In this document: positions 56,692 to 64,000 of the stretch, one piece after another
How the letters are laid out: the number at the start of each line of letters is the position of its first letter
Position numbering within the stretch: position 1 is the first letter of the stretch
DNA from: Bryobacterales bacterium
GTDB lineage: Bacteria; Acidobacteriota; Terriglobia; Bryobacterales; UBA6623
Assembly (NCBI GenBank): GCA_028819575.1
Contig: JAPPLB010000051.1
Span: 10,978-74,977, forward strand
DNA length: 64,000 nucleotides
Reading direction: 5' to 3'
The notes under the pieces: model-generated
Databases searched by the model: none
Told to the model about the DNA's origin: nothing
The model's input: only the letters and a program-made list of their open reading frames with translations
Program-made: the position numbers and the translations under genes

Positions 56692-57474
56692 CTAACCGGG
56701 CAACCGTACGCTTGAGAAGGCTTCGAAAGAGTTCTGGAAGCCTTTGAGCAGGGTCATGTGGTCTCCGCCGGCGGTGATCATGCGGCCGCCGAGGTTGATG
56801 ATCCGCTGGGCGTGCTCGGGAGTGCCGGTGGGCGTGCCCCACCAGCGTCCCGTTTTACGGGCGGCCTCGGCGACGCGTTCGAGGGCCTCTTGCAGGATCG
56901 GGTTGCCGAAGTCGAATGGCACCCCGTAGCTGAGACTGAGATCGCCCATGCCGACGAAGAAAACGTCGAAGCCTTCGACGTCGGCGATCTCGTCGATGGC
57001 CTCGACAGCCTCCTTGTCCTCGATCTGGAATACGAGAAAGACTTCCTGCGCGACGTGCTCCAGGTATTCCCTGGGATTGGCGAGTGCGTAGTCGGCATCG
57101 GCGCCTGCGCCGTCCATGCCGCGCTTGCCGAGCGGCGGGAAACGCGACCATTCCACCCACTGCCGAGCTTCTTGCGCGCTGCGGATGTGAGGCACCATGA
57201 GTCCGTTCGCTCCGAACTCCAAGGCGCGCATGGGGTCGCCGTAGCCCGCTTTGTGAATCCGCGCCATCAGGTCGATACCCGTGGAGCGGCAGGCGAGCGA
57301 GATGGGGTCGATGGCGTCGTATCCCCAGGGACGGTGTTCCAGGTCGAGCCAGATGCAATCGTATCCAATGCGTCCGACGGTCTCGGCTAGCCAGGGATGC
57401 ATGACGCGGCTGATGCCGGCGACCTTGACGAAGTCACCACTACGGAGTTTGGCGAGAACACGGCTCTTGGTCAT
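56692..57474 (-). CDS. HpcH/HpaI-family 2-keto-3-deoxy-sugar-acid aldolase
   Basis: 260 aa. WLDLEH, the VPHIRSAQEARQWV region and QIEDKEAVEAIDEI are typical of HpcH/YfaU aldolases. Confidence 0.8.
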   Translation of the reverse strand: MTKSRVLAKLRSGDFVKVAGISRVMHPWLAETVGRIGYDCIWLDLEHRPWGYDAIDPISLACRSTGIDLMARIHKAGYGDPMRALEFGANGLMVPHIRSAQEARQWVEWSRFPPLGKRGMDGAGADADYALANPREYLEHVAQEVFLVFQIEDKEAVEAIDEIADVEGFDVFFVGMGDLSLSYGVPFDFGNPILQEALERVAEAARKTGRWWGTPTGTPEHAQRIINLGGRMITAGGDHMTLLKGFQNSFEAFSSVRLPG

Positions 57475-57530
57475 TCCCGCTATTATGCCGCATGGCCATC
57501 GCGCTGTCTTTTTTTGATGAACGGTTCATA

Positions 57531-58334
57531 ATGAGCTCCATGCAAACGCTCGTTGACGTGCATTGCCACCTCGGGCAGAGCGTTCGCGGCTCGATGAGCG
57601 CCGATGGCGAGCGGCTCTGCGCACTGTTACGGCAAGCGGGCGTGACACACGCGGTCGCCTTCTCGATCGAGGCCTGCTATGGCGGGATCGATATCGGGAA
57701 CGCCTACACACTCGGCGAGGTGGAGCGGCAAGAGATGTTGAGCGCGATGGTCGTTGCGCATCCGCACCATCGGGCATCATCGGAGCGTTGGGTCAACGCG
57801 GGTGTGGCGAACCCCGATGTCGTCGGCGTCAAACTGCACCCGGCGTTGGGGCAGTATGACGTGACATCTTCGGCGGTCATGCGTTTGATGGATGAAGTTG
57901 TCGCGCCGTCGGGGCTCTCGGTGTTGAGCCATGTCGGCAATGAGACGTCGCAAGTGCCGGTCGACAAGTACCTGGAGCTGGCGTCGCGGTTTCCGAGCGT
58001 GCGCTTCATTGCCGCTCACCTGGGAGTGGGCGTGCTGGGTATCCGGGAGCGCGCGATCGACGCCTGGGTCCAGAAGCCGCTCGAAAATGTCTGGTTTGAC
58101 ATGGGGACGTTGCGGGCGTTCACGACCGGAGCTGTGGAAGGACTTCTCGATGCCGTGGGTGAGGACAGAGTCTGTTTTGGAACCGATGCTCCGCTGTACG
58201 TGCCGGCCCCGTTTTCGAGACTGCTCGAAACGCTCGACATTACCGAGGAGGCGCGTAGAAAGATTGCCTGCCGGAATGCGTTGGCCGCTCTTCCTCGATT
58301 GGCCGGCAAAGCAGGCGCGGGCCCGCAAGGATGA
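57531..58334 (+). CDS. Amidohydrolase-2 family protein (lactonase/decarboxylase-like)
   Basis: VDVHCHLG metal-binding start motif and a later AAHLG. Start revised to ATG 57531. Confidence 0.7.
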   Translation: MSSMQTLVDVHCHLGQSVRGSMSADGERLCALLRQAGVTHAVAFSIEACYGGIDIGNAYTLGEVERQEMLSAMVVAHPHHRASSERWVNAGVANPDVVGVKLHPALGQYDVTSSAVMRLMDEVVAPSGLSVLSHVGNETSQVPVDKYLELASRFPSVRFIAAHLGVGVLGIRERAIDAWVQKPLENVWFDMGTLRAFTTGAVEGLLDAVGEDRVCFGTDAPLYVPAPFSRLLETLDITEEARRKIACRNALAALPRLAGKAGAGPQG

Positions 58335-59296
58335 TCTCGGGGGGCGTCCCGGTGCCCGGGTTGCGTAAGCGGCGGCTGGGTCGCACTCACCTGCGCATTT
58401 CGGAAATCTCGTTGGGCTGTGTGGAGATCGGGCTGGACTACGGCATCGCATCCGAGGGAAAACCTCGGCGGCCCTCGGAGGCCGAGGCCAAGCGAATCCT
58501 CCATACCGCTCTCGATCTCGGTGTGAATCATCTCGATACGGCCCGCGCCTACGGGGAGAGCGAAGCGATCATCGGTCGCGCTCTCAAAGGTCGGCGGGAC
58601 GAGTTTGTTCTCACCACCAAGATTCCGGTCCAGAAGCAAGCGCGGCTTTCGACCGCCGAGTTGAGGGAACACTGCCGTTTTTCGCTCGAAGCGAGCCTGG
58701 AGGCCCTGCGGACCGACCGGATCGATGTCTTGCTTCTGCATACGTCAGGCCCCGAGATTCTAAGGCGTTGCGACGTGCCGGAGATCCTGAGCGAGGAGTG
58801 CGGCAAGCATGTTCGTTTCTTCGGCGCCAGTGTCTATGGCGCCGAAAGCGCGCGGGTCGCGATCGATTCGGGGTGGTGCGACTGCGTGCAGATCGCTTAC
58901 AGTATGCTCGACCGTCGTCCTGAAGCGGATGTTCTCGCTCGGGCGCGGAAGAAGGATGTTGGTATTGTGGTGCGGTCGGTGTTATTGAAAGGCGCGTTGA
59001 CGCGGCGTTGTGAGAATCTTCCTGAAGGGCTGGAGGCTTTGCGTAAAGCGGTGAGTGAAGCCGCGAAGCTCTCGCCGGAGGGATTGGACGGCTTGCCCGA
59101 ATTGGCGTATCGCTATGTGCTGAGCGACGAGCGGGTTCACACAGCTCTCGTTGGGGCGTCTTGTGTCGAAGAAGTCGAGCAGGCAGTGCGGTTCGCCGTA
59201 GAGGGGCCGTTAGGGCGTCATCAGATCTACGGCATTCAAAAGCTGGAAATCAACGAGGAGAGAATACTGAACCCCGGGAACTGGCCAATGAGCTGA
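58331..59296 (+). CDS. Aldo/keto reductase
   Basis: LGCVEIG, HLDTARAYGESEAIIG and the VLLKGALT pattern. Its ATGA overlaps the upstream gene. Confidence 0.85.
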   Translation: MISGGVPVPGLRKRRLGRTHLRISEISLGCVEIGLDYGIASEGKPRRPSEAEAKRILHTALDLGVNHLDTARAYGESEAIIGRALKGRRDEFVLTTKIPVQKQARLSTAELREHCRFSLEASLEALRTDRIDVLLLHTSGPEILRRCDVPEILSEECGKHVRFFGASVYGAESARVAIDSGWCDCVQIAYSMLDRRPEADVLARARKKDVGIVVRSVLLKGALTRRCENLPEGLEALRKAVSEAAKLSPEGLDGLPELAYRYVLSDERVHTALVGASCVEEVEQAVRFAVEGPLGRHQIYGIQKLEINEERILNPGNWPMS

Positions 59297-59331
59297 TCGA
59301 GCTGCGATAAGGCTCCCAAGGAGAAAGTCCT

Positions 59332-60249
59332 ATGAGATACCACCAGGCTCTGCTCGTGAGTTGCGAGATTCCGTGGACGGAGCAAGAACAGTTCATGGAA
59401 GATCTCTTCCGTGAAGAGGTCCGCCGAACGCTCGGTGTTGGCTTCAACAACCTGTACGTCTTCGGAACCGCCGGCGAAGGTTATGCGGTCGATACTCCTC
59501 GGTTCCGCCGCATCGTGGACGTTTTTTTCGAGGAGACGGATAAAGACGGTGTCTTTCCGCAGGTAGGTATCATCGGGCTTTCTACCGCGAACATCCTCGA
59601 GCGGCTTTCTTACGCCTACGATGTCGGGTTCCGCACGTTTCAGATTTCGATGCCTTCCTGGGGCGCCTTGAATGATCACGAGGTGATGAAGTTCTTCACG
59701 GATGTCTGCGGTGCTTATCCGGATTGCCGGTTTTTGCACTACAACCTGCCGCGGACGAAGCGCTTGCTGACGGGTGACGATTACAGGAGGCTGGCCGACG
59801 CCGTGCCGAACCTGGCGGCAACGAAGAACACGGCGACCAACCATTACACGACGATCGACCTGATCGGGAAGTCGCCGGAGATCCAGCACTTCTTGGGAGA
59901 AGCGATGTTTCCCTTCGGCACGTTGTATGGGGAATGTTCTCTGCTCAGCTCATACGGTCCGGCGTTCCCGTCGAAGAGTAAGCAGTTGTTCGAGTATGCC
60001 GTATCGGGGCAAGTAGAGAAGCTTTTCCGTCTCCATACGGAATATCTTGCGGTGGTGAACGACGTCTCGGCGCCATTGAGAAAGTACGAGCGGATCGATG
60101 GGGCCTACGACAAGCTGTGGGTGCGGCTGGGAGGCTTGCCGATGCCGTTGCGGCTGCTGTCGCCTTACGAGTCGCTGCCGGAAAACACTTACGATGTATG
60201 CCGGAGAATTCTGGAAGAGAAATATCCCGATTGGCTCGAGGCGAGCTGA
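59332..60249 (+). CDS. Dihydrodipicolinate synthase/N-acetylneuraminate lyase (DapA-like) family protein
   Basis: The GTAGEGYAV motif (GTTGE-like) and TIM-barrel-length ORF support the call. SD AAGGAGAAAG lies upstream. Confidence 0.65.
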   Translation: MRYHQALLVSCEIPWTEQEQFMEDLFREEVRRTLGVGFNNLYVFGTAGEGYAVDTPRFRRIVDVFFEETDKDGVFPQVGIIGLSTANILERLSYAYDVGFRTFQISMPSWGALNDHEVMKFFTDVCGAYPDCRFLHYNLPRTKRLLTGDDYRRLADAVPNLAATKNTATNHYTTIDLIGKSPEIQHFLGEAMFPFGTLYGECSLLSSYGPAFPSKSKQLFEYAVSGQVEKLFRLHTEYLAVVNDVSAPLRKYERIDGAYDKLWVRLGGLPMPLRLLSPYESLPENTYDVCRRILEEKYPDWLEAS

Positions 60250-60272
60250 AAAGTTTGTAGGCGGAACCCTTC

Positions 60273-61571
60273 ATGGCAAGCCCCACACGGCTGGATTCCT
60301 ACGCGAGCCGGATCACCGAAGAGATGACCCGCCTCAACGGTGGGATTTTTCTGGGGAGCTACATTCTCATCTATTTTGCGGCGCCCGCCGTCTACATCGG
60401 GATTGTGCAGGCGGCGCTGATCGACCAGCTCGAGGCGAGCGCCACGCTGGCGAATCTGCCACTGGCGGTGTACAAGTTCGGTTCGTTCGCACCGCTGATC
60501 ATGTCGTGGCTGGCCCCGCACCGCTTGGAGAAGCAAGTCGTCGTTTGGGCCAACGTGATGACGACAATCGTGCTGACGTTGGTGTTCTTGACGCTGGTGC
60601 TGCCCGTTTCGACGTCGGTTCGTATCAGTGCCCTGATCTTGCAAGGCTTGTTTCAAGGACTGTCGGGCTCGACATCGATGATCTTTCAGTTGCAGTGCTT
60701 GACGCGCGGCACGACATCGGAGGGACGGATTCGAGTGCTGAAGCGGACCTTCACCCTGACACCGCTGGCCGCCGTGGTCGGGTCACTCTTCGCACAATGG
60801 GTTCTCGGCCCGCAGTTTACGTGGCTTGCGTTTCCCTATGACTTCGCGATGGTGTATTTAACGGCGATACCGTGTATCGCCGGTGTGGCGTTCATCAGCA
60901 CTCGCTACCACCTTGCGCCGCTGGCGGACGAGCCTCGAAAGCCCTTCTTCGGGCATCTCGTGCTTGCGGTGAAGGAGTTCGCGGCGTCCCCCTCGTTACG
61001 ATTGGCATGGTTGGGTTACTGGCTGTGGTATTTGACGCTGGCGATCATCCCGAACCTTTCGCTGTATTCGAAGGAGGCGATCGGCGTGGACCCGCAGGAC
61101 TACTCGGGTTTGATGATGGCGCTTCGGTTCGGGTGCAAGGCGATGGGCGGCTACCTGCTCGGCTGGATCGCCTTGCGCTACGGCTTGCGCACGAGCGCAT
61201 TCACGTCGGTGGCTCTGCTGGCGGTTGGCATCCTGTGGGGCTGGGGTGTCCCGGGATTTGCTTATTTGCTTGCATTCGGGTTCATCGGTGCCGGCGAACT
61301 GGGTGGGACGTATTTCCCGAATTTCGTCGCGGTCCTTTCTTCCCCCGAAGCCGGAACACGGAATCTGGCTCTGGTTCAGCTCGCTCCCCCTGTTTCAAGT
61401 TTTGCGCCGGCCGTGCATGGAGGGTTGGCGGACATCTGGGGCTTTCCTGCGAGCTTCATATTCGGGTTGGTGGCAGCCGCAGTTTCGATGGGACTGGTAT
61501 CCCGAATTCGAGAGCGTGGCGGAGGGGAAAAGCCGTCTTCCTCCTCCCCAGACGGCCGAAGCGAGCGGTAA
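60273..61571 (+). CDS. MFS-type transporter
   Basis: 432 aa with roughly 12 hydrophobic segments. Confidence 0.65.
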   Translation: MASPTRLDSYASRITEEMTRLNGGIFLGSYILIYFAAPAVYIGIVQAALIDQLEASATLANLPLAVYKFGSFAPLIMSWLAPHRLEKQVVVWANVMTTIVLTLVFLTLVLPVSTSVRISALILQGLFQGLSGSTSMIFQLQCLTRGTTSEGRIRVLKRTFTLTPLAAVVGSLFAQWVLGPQFTWLAFPYDFAMVYLTAIPCIAGVAFISTRYHLAPLADEPRKPFFGHLVLAVKEFAASPSLRLAWLGYWLWYLTLAIIPNLSLYSKEAIGVDPQDYSGLMMALRFGCKAMGGYLLGWIALRYGLRTSAFTSVALLAVGILWGWGVPGFAYLLAFGFIGAGELGGTYFPNFVAVLSSPEAGTRNLALVQLAPPVSSFAPAVHGGLADIWGFPASFIFGLVAAAVSMGLVSRIRERGGGEKPSSSSPDGRSER

Positions 61572-61714
61572 AAGCGCTGTGACTTGGTTGAGTTTGCCGG
61601 CTGTTCTTGATGGACGATCAAGTACAGTTCCGGACTCCGAGCGACTGAAGACTCGTCCTAACCGCCTTCTCTCGCATTTCGTCTCGCCGCGTGACACGAA
61701 AGGCAGGTCCGAAA

Positions 61715-62566
61715 ATGACCACCGAAGAATACATTCTTGATGATCGAGATTGGTCGAAGCTCGGTTTCGGCGAGCAACTGCGGCAACTCGAGCTGGAGGG
61801 ATATCTGGTGATTCCCGACTTGCTCTCTGCTGGGCAGCTAGCCCGCCTCAAGGCGGAAACGGCGCGGCTCGAAACCCGCGCGGTGGACTACTCGCCGCGC
61901 CAGAGAGGTTGTCCGGCTGTGCAGTTCTGCGGCGGTGCGATCACGGAGTTGATCGCGCATCCTCGTACGGCTGAGTTTCTCCGCAAGGTCTTCGGTGATG
62001 ATCTCGTGCTGATGAGCTACGACTATGCACGGTCCGAGCCGGGACACCCGGGGGTGAGCTTCCATACCGACGGGCAGCCTTATGGGTCCGCGATTTTCGG
62101 AGCGAAACATACCTGTCCGGTGATGATTCGGGTCCTCTACTACCTCGACGACCTTACGCCGGAAGTTTCGCCGTTTCGGGTGATCCCGCGTTCACACCTG
62201 TCATTGCATGCGGAGGGAAATCCCTATAACCGCTATGACAGACATCCTGAGCAGGTCATGGTGACAGCCAGGGCCGGCTCGGCCGTATTTCTCAACTACA
62301 AGGTTTTCCATGGCAATTTCCCGAATCGCGGCGACCGGGCGCGGGAGATGTTGGCTGCGGCCTTCCGCCCGGCGTGGGCGGGCCCGCTCGCAGAGGTGGA
62401 GGATTGGGATTGGGACGAAGTGGCGAAGCTTCCGCCGGCAGTGCGGGAACTGATGGGTGGTCGAAACCAGCGGCAGGTAGATATCGATGTCGGCAACAAG
62501 CCGGCCAACATGCGCCTCGAAGCCCCGGCGCTTAACCCAAGCCGTTGGGGAGAAATGCAGGATTAG
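61715..62566 (+). CDS. Phytanoyl-CoA dioxygenase (PhyH) family 2OG-Fe(II) oxygenase
   Basis: GYLVIPDLL, FHTDGQPY (H-x-D) and FHGNFPNRGDRAR. The start is taken as ATG 61715. The last five codons (GEMQD) are encoded by a solo family-1 terminus. Confidence 0.7.
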   Translation: MTTEEYILDDRDWSKLGFGEQLRQLELEGYLVIPDLLSAGQLARLKAETARLETRAVDYSPRQRGCPAVQFCGGAITELIAHPRTAEFLRKVFGDDLVLMSYDYARSEPGHPGVSFHTDGQPYGSAIFGAKHTCPVMIRVLYYLDDLTPEVSPFRVIPRSHLSLHAEGNPYNRYDRHPEQVMVTARAGSAVFLNYKVFHGNFPNRGDRAREMLAAAFRPAWAGPLAEVEDWDWDEVAKLPPAVRELMGGRNQRQVDIDVGNKPANMRLEAPALNPSRWGEMQD

Positions 62567-63561
62567 CTCAGTTCATACATCGAAGCGGCGTTGTTCCAGA
62601 AAACGTCTTCGATCTGCGAATCGCTGAGCCGCATGTTGCGGCAGGCCGTCTTCAGGACCCGCAGGGACTCCAAACCAACCAGCGTCGGCCGAAGGTCTGC
62701 GTAAGCGGTATCGAAATTGGTGTTGCTTTCCGACAGCCACAAGAACGAATCGCCGATGGCGACGCAGCGGCCCCGTTCATGCGTGACGGGGAAGTCCGCT
62801 CCGTAGAGCAGCCGGTCGTGTCCGAGCGTCTCGATGATTGCCTCGAACGCACCGCCGTCGGTTACGGCGCTCGTGTCACACCAGACGTTGCGAAGGCCCC
62901 GCAACGCGCCGATGCCCTCGATGGTGTGGTGCGGATTGAATCCGCGCGCTGCATGCGCCAGGATGAAACGCATGTTCGGATAGTGCTCGGCGAAAGCGCG
63001 GATCGTCTGCTGATTGAGCGGGTCGGCCATGGCGCGATTACGCACCATGTGGAGCGTGATCGAAAGCCCTTCCTCGTGGGCCACTCGCACATGCTCTTCA
63101 GGTAGAAAGCTTTCCACCTTGGCTTGAAAGGTTGGCCTTTCGGTAGCCCAAACGTGGTAGCACTTGAGGCCTGCGAACTGATCGCGCCGTACCGTTTCTC
63201 GTACGTATTCGGCGTCCATTTCGGGGCGAACGAGCATCTGCGCACGTGAGTGCGGGTCGGCCCGCACCTCGGCGGCAAGGAAGTTGTTCGCCGCCTCCAT
63301 ATCGAGCTTCGCGTGCGGAAACCCGAAAAAGAGGCCGGAATAGCGGCGTCCGGGAGTCAGTTCGTCCATTGCCTTGAGGTAGACATCGAGGCCGACGGAC
63401 TCGGGTCCTTCGCCGACGATGCCCGGCGCCCCGTTGCGGAAGTGTTCCTGGGCGTAAAGGTGCGCATGGGCATCGAAGATGCGCTCGGGCAGGAAGTCGT
63501 TCAACTCGCGGTCAAAGAGTTCACGATCGTGATCCTGAACGGCAAAGAAAGATGCGGTCAT
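62563..63561 (-). CDS. Amidohydrolase-2 family protein
   Basis: FDAHAHLY start motif, then LAHAARG and YGADFP. Its stop overlaps the stop of the convergent PhyH gene (TTAG). Confidence 0.75.
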   Translation of the reverse strand: MTASFFAVQDHDRELFDRELNDFLPERIFDAHAHLYAQEHFRNGAPGIVGEGPESVGLDVYLKAMDELTPGRRYSGLFFGFPHAKLDMEAANNFLAAEVRADPHSRAQMLVRPEMDAEYVRETVRRDQFAGLKCYHVWATERPTFQAKVESFLPEEHVRVAHEEGLSITLHMVRNRAMADPLNQQTIRAFAEHYPNMRFILAHAARGFNPHHTIEGIGALRGLRNVWCDTSAVTDGGAFEAIIETLGHDRLLYGADFPVTHERGRCVAIGDSFLWLSESNTNFDTAYADLRPTLVGLESLRVLKTACRNMRLSDSQIEDVFWNNAASMYELS

Positions 63562-63868
63562 GTTGCTCCGTTTTCCCGGGGGCCGGCGCTGTTGACATAC
63601 AGGAATGGGTTGTCACTCACGGTAGGTCCGCTTTCAATCAGGAACAGCCCCCGTAGACAGGGCCGGCTGCGCGGCTGAGATCGTCGAACCGAGCAAGATC
63701 GATAGCTGCCGGAGAAGTTGAGGGACTTGCCTTTGCAGGTTGCATTGCCGGTTGACTCACGTCAGTCTGCGAAGGTGGGAAGTGCGGGCTGCCGGGCCAC
63801 GGCACAACGCAGTATACAATGAGGTGCCTTATCGAGCAGTGGGGTGAACAAGCGAGGAACGGTGAGTG

Positions 63869-64000
63869 ATGATTGTCGATTGCCATAGCCATATTTGGGA
63901 GTGTCCCGGGCACGTGAGCGAGGGGTTTGTGGCGGAAGCCAATGCTCGCGCCAAGGGCAAGAAGATGGATCTGCACGTGCCGCCGGAACGGCACATGGCG
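63869..64000 (+). CDS. Amidohydrolase-family protein, N-terminal fragment (runs off the window end)
   Basis: GAGGAA SD followed by ATG; MIVDCHSHIWECPGH carries the typical metal-binding H-x-H start. Confidence 0.5.
   Translation, partial: MIVDCHSHIWECPGHVSEGFVAEANARAKGKKMDLHVPPERHMA

Overview
This is a high-GC bacterial chromosomal segment. The gene content fits an Acidobacteriota (Solibacter/Bryobacter-like) or PVC-group genome: a DUF1592/DUF1552 pair, several Tat-signal Gfo/Idh/MocA oxidoreductases, three formylglycine-type sulfatases and PA14/CxxCH cytochrome proteins. That placement is inference from gene content only.

Housekeeping genes are secA (5' part), icd, mdh, tal, sppA, rnd, tRNA-Pro(CGG) and tRNA-Val(UAC). 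They are interspersed with exported polysaccharide- and sugar-catabolic genes.

Two things are not ordinary:

1. A ~10.1-kb, visibly more A+T-rich island at 27325-37437 is inserted at tRNA-Val and bounded by a perfect 41-bp direct repeat. It encodes integrase and excisionase plus only a phage head and packaging set (TerL, HNH, major capsid, prohead protease, adaptor, head-closure protein, portal). It has no tail, lysis, replication, repressor or small-terminase genes. It also contains a ~1.15-kb ORF-poor, hairpin-dense region. This makes it a candidate head-only (capsid-forming PICI-like) phage satellite.

2. A dense family of ~185-280-bp palindromic MITE-like elements occurs here, with termini (TA)GCCTGCATTTCTCACCAC...GTGGTGAGAAATGCAGGC(TA). 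There are 11 orientable copies plus 4 mini or solo-terminus derivatives. All orientable copies lie in the same orientation. Their arms pair with strand-asymmetric G.T wobbles, and they repeatedly sit exactly on stop codons. A second, smaller terminal-inverted-repeat (TIR) family with two copies is also present.

No CRISPR array or rRNA gene was seen. Hand-derived coordinates (RNAs, repeats, revised starts) were anchored to the ORF track but may be off by 1-2 nt.
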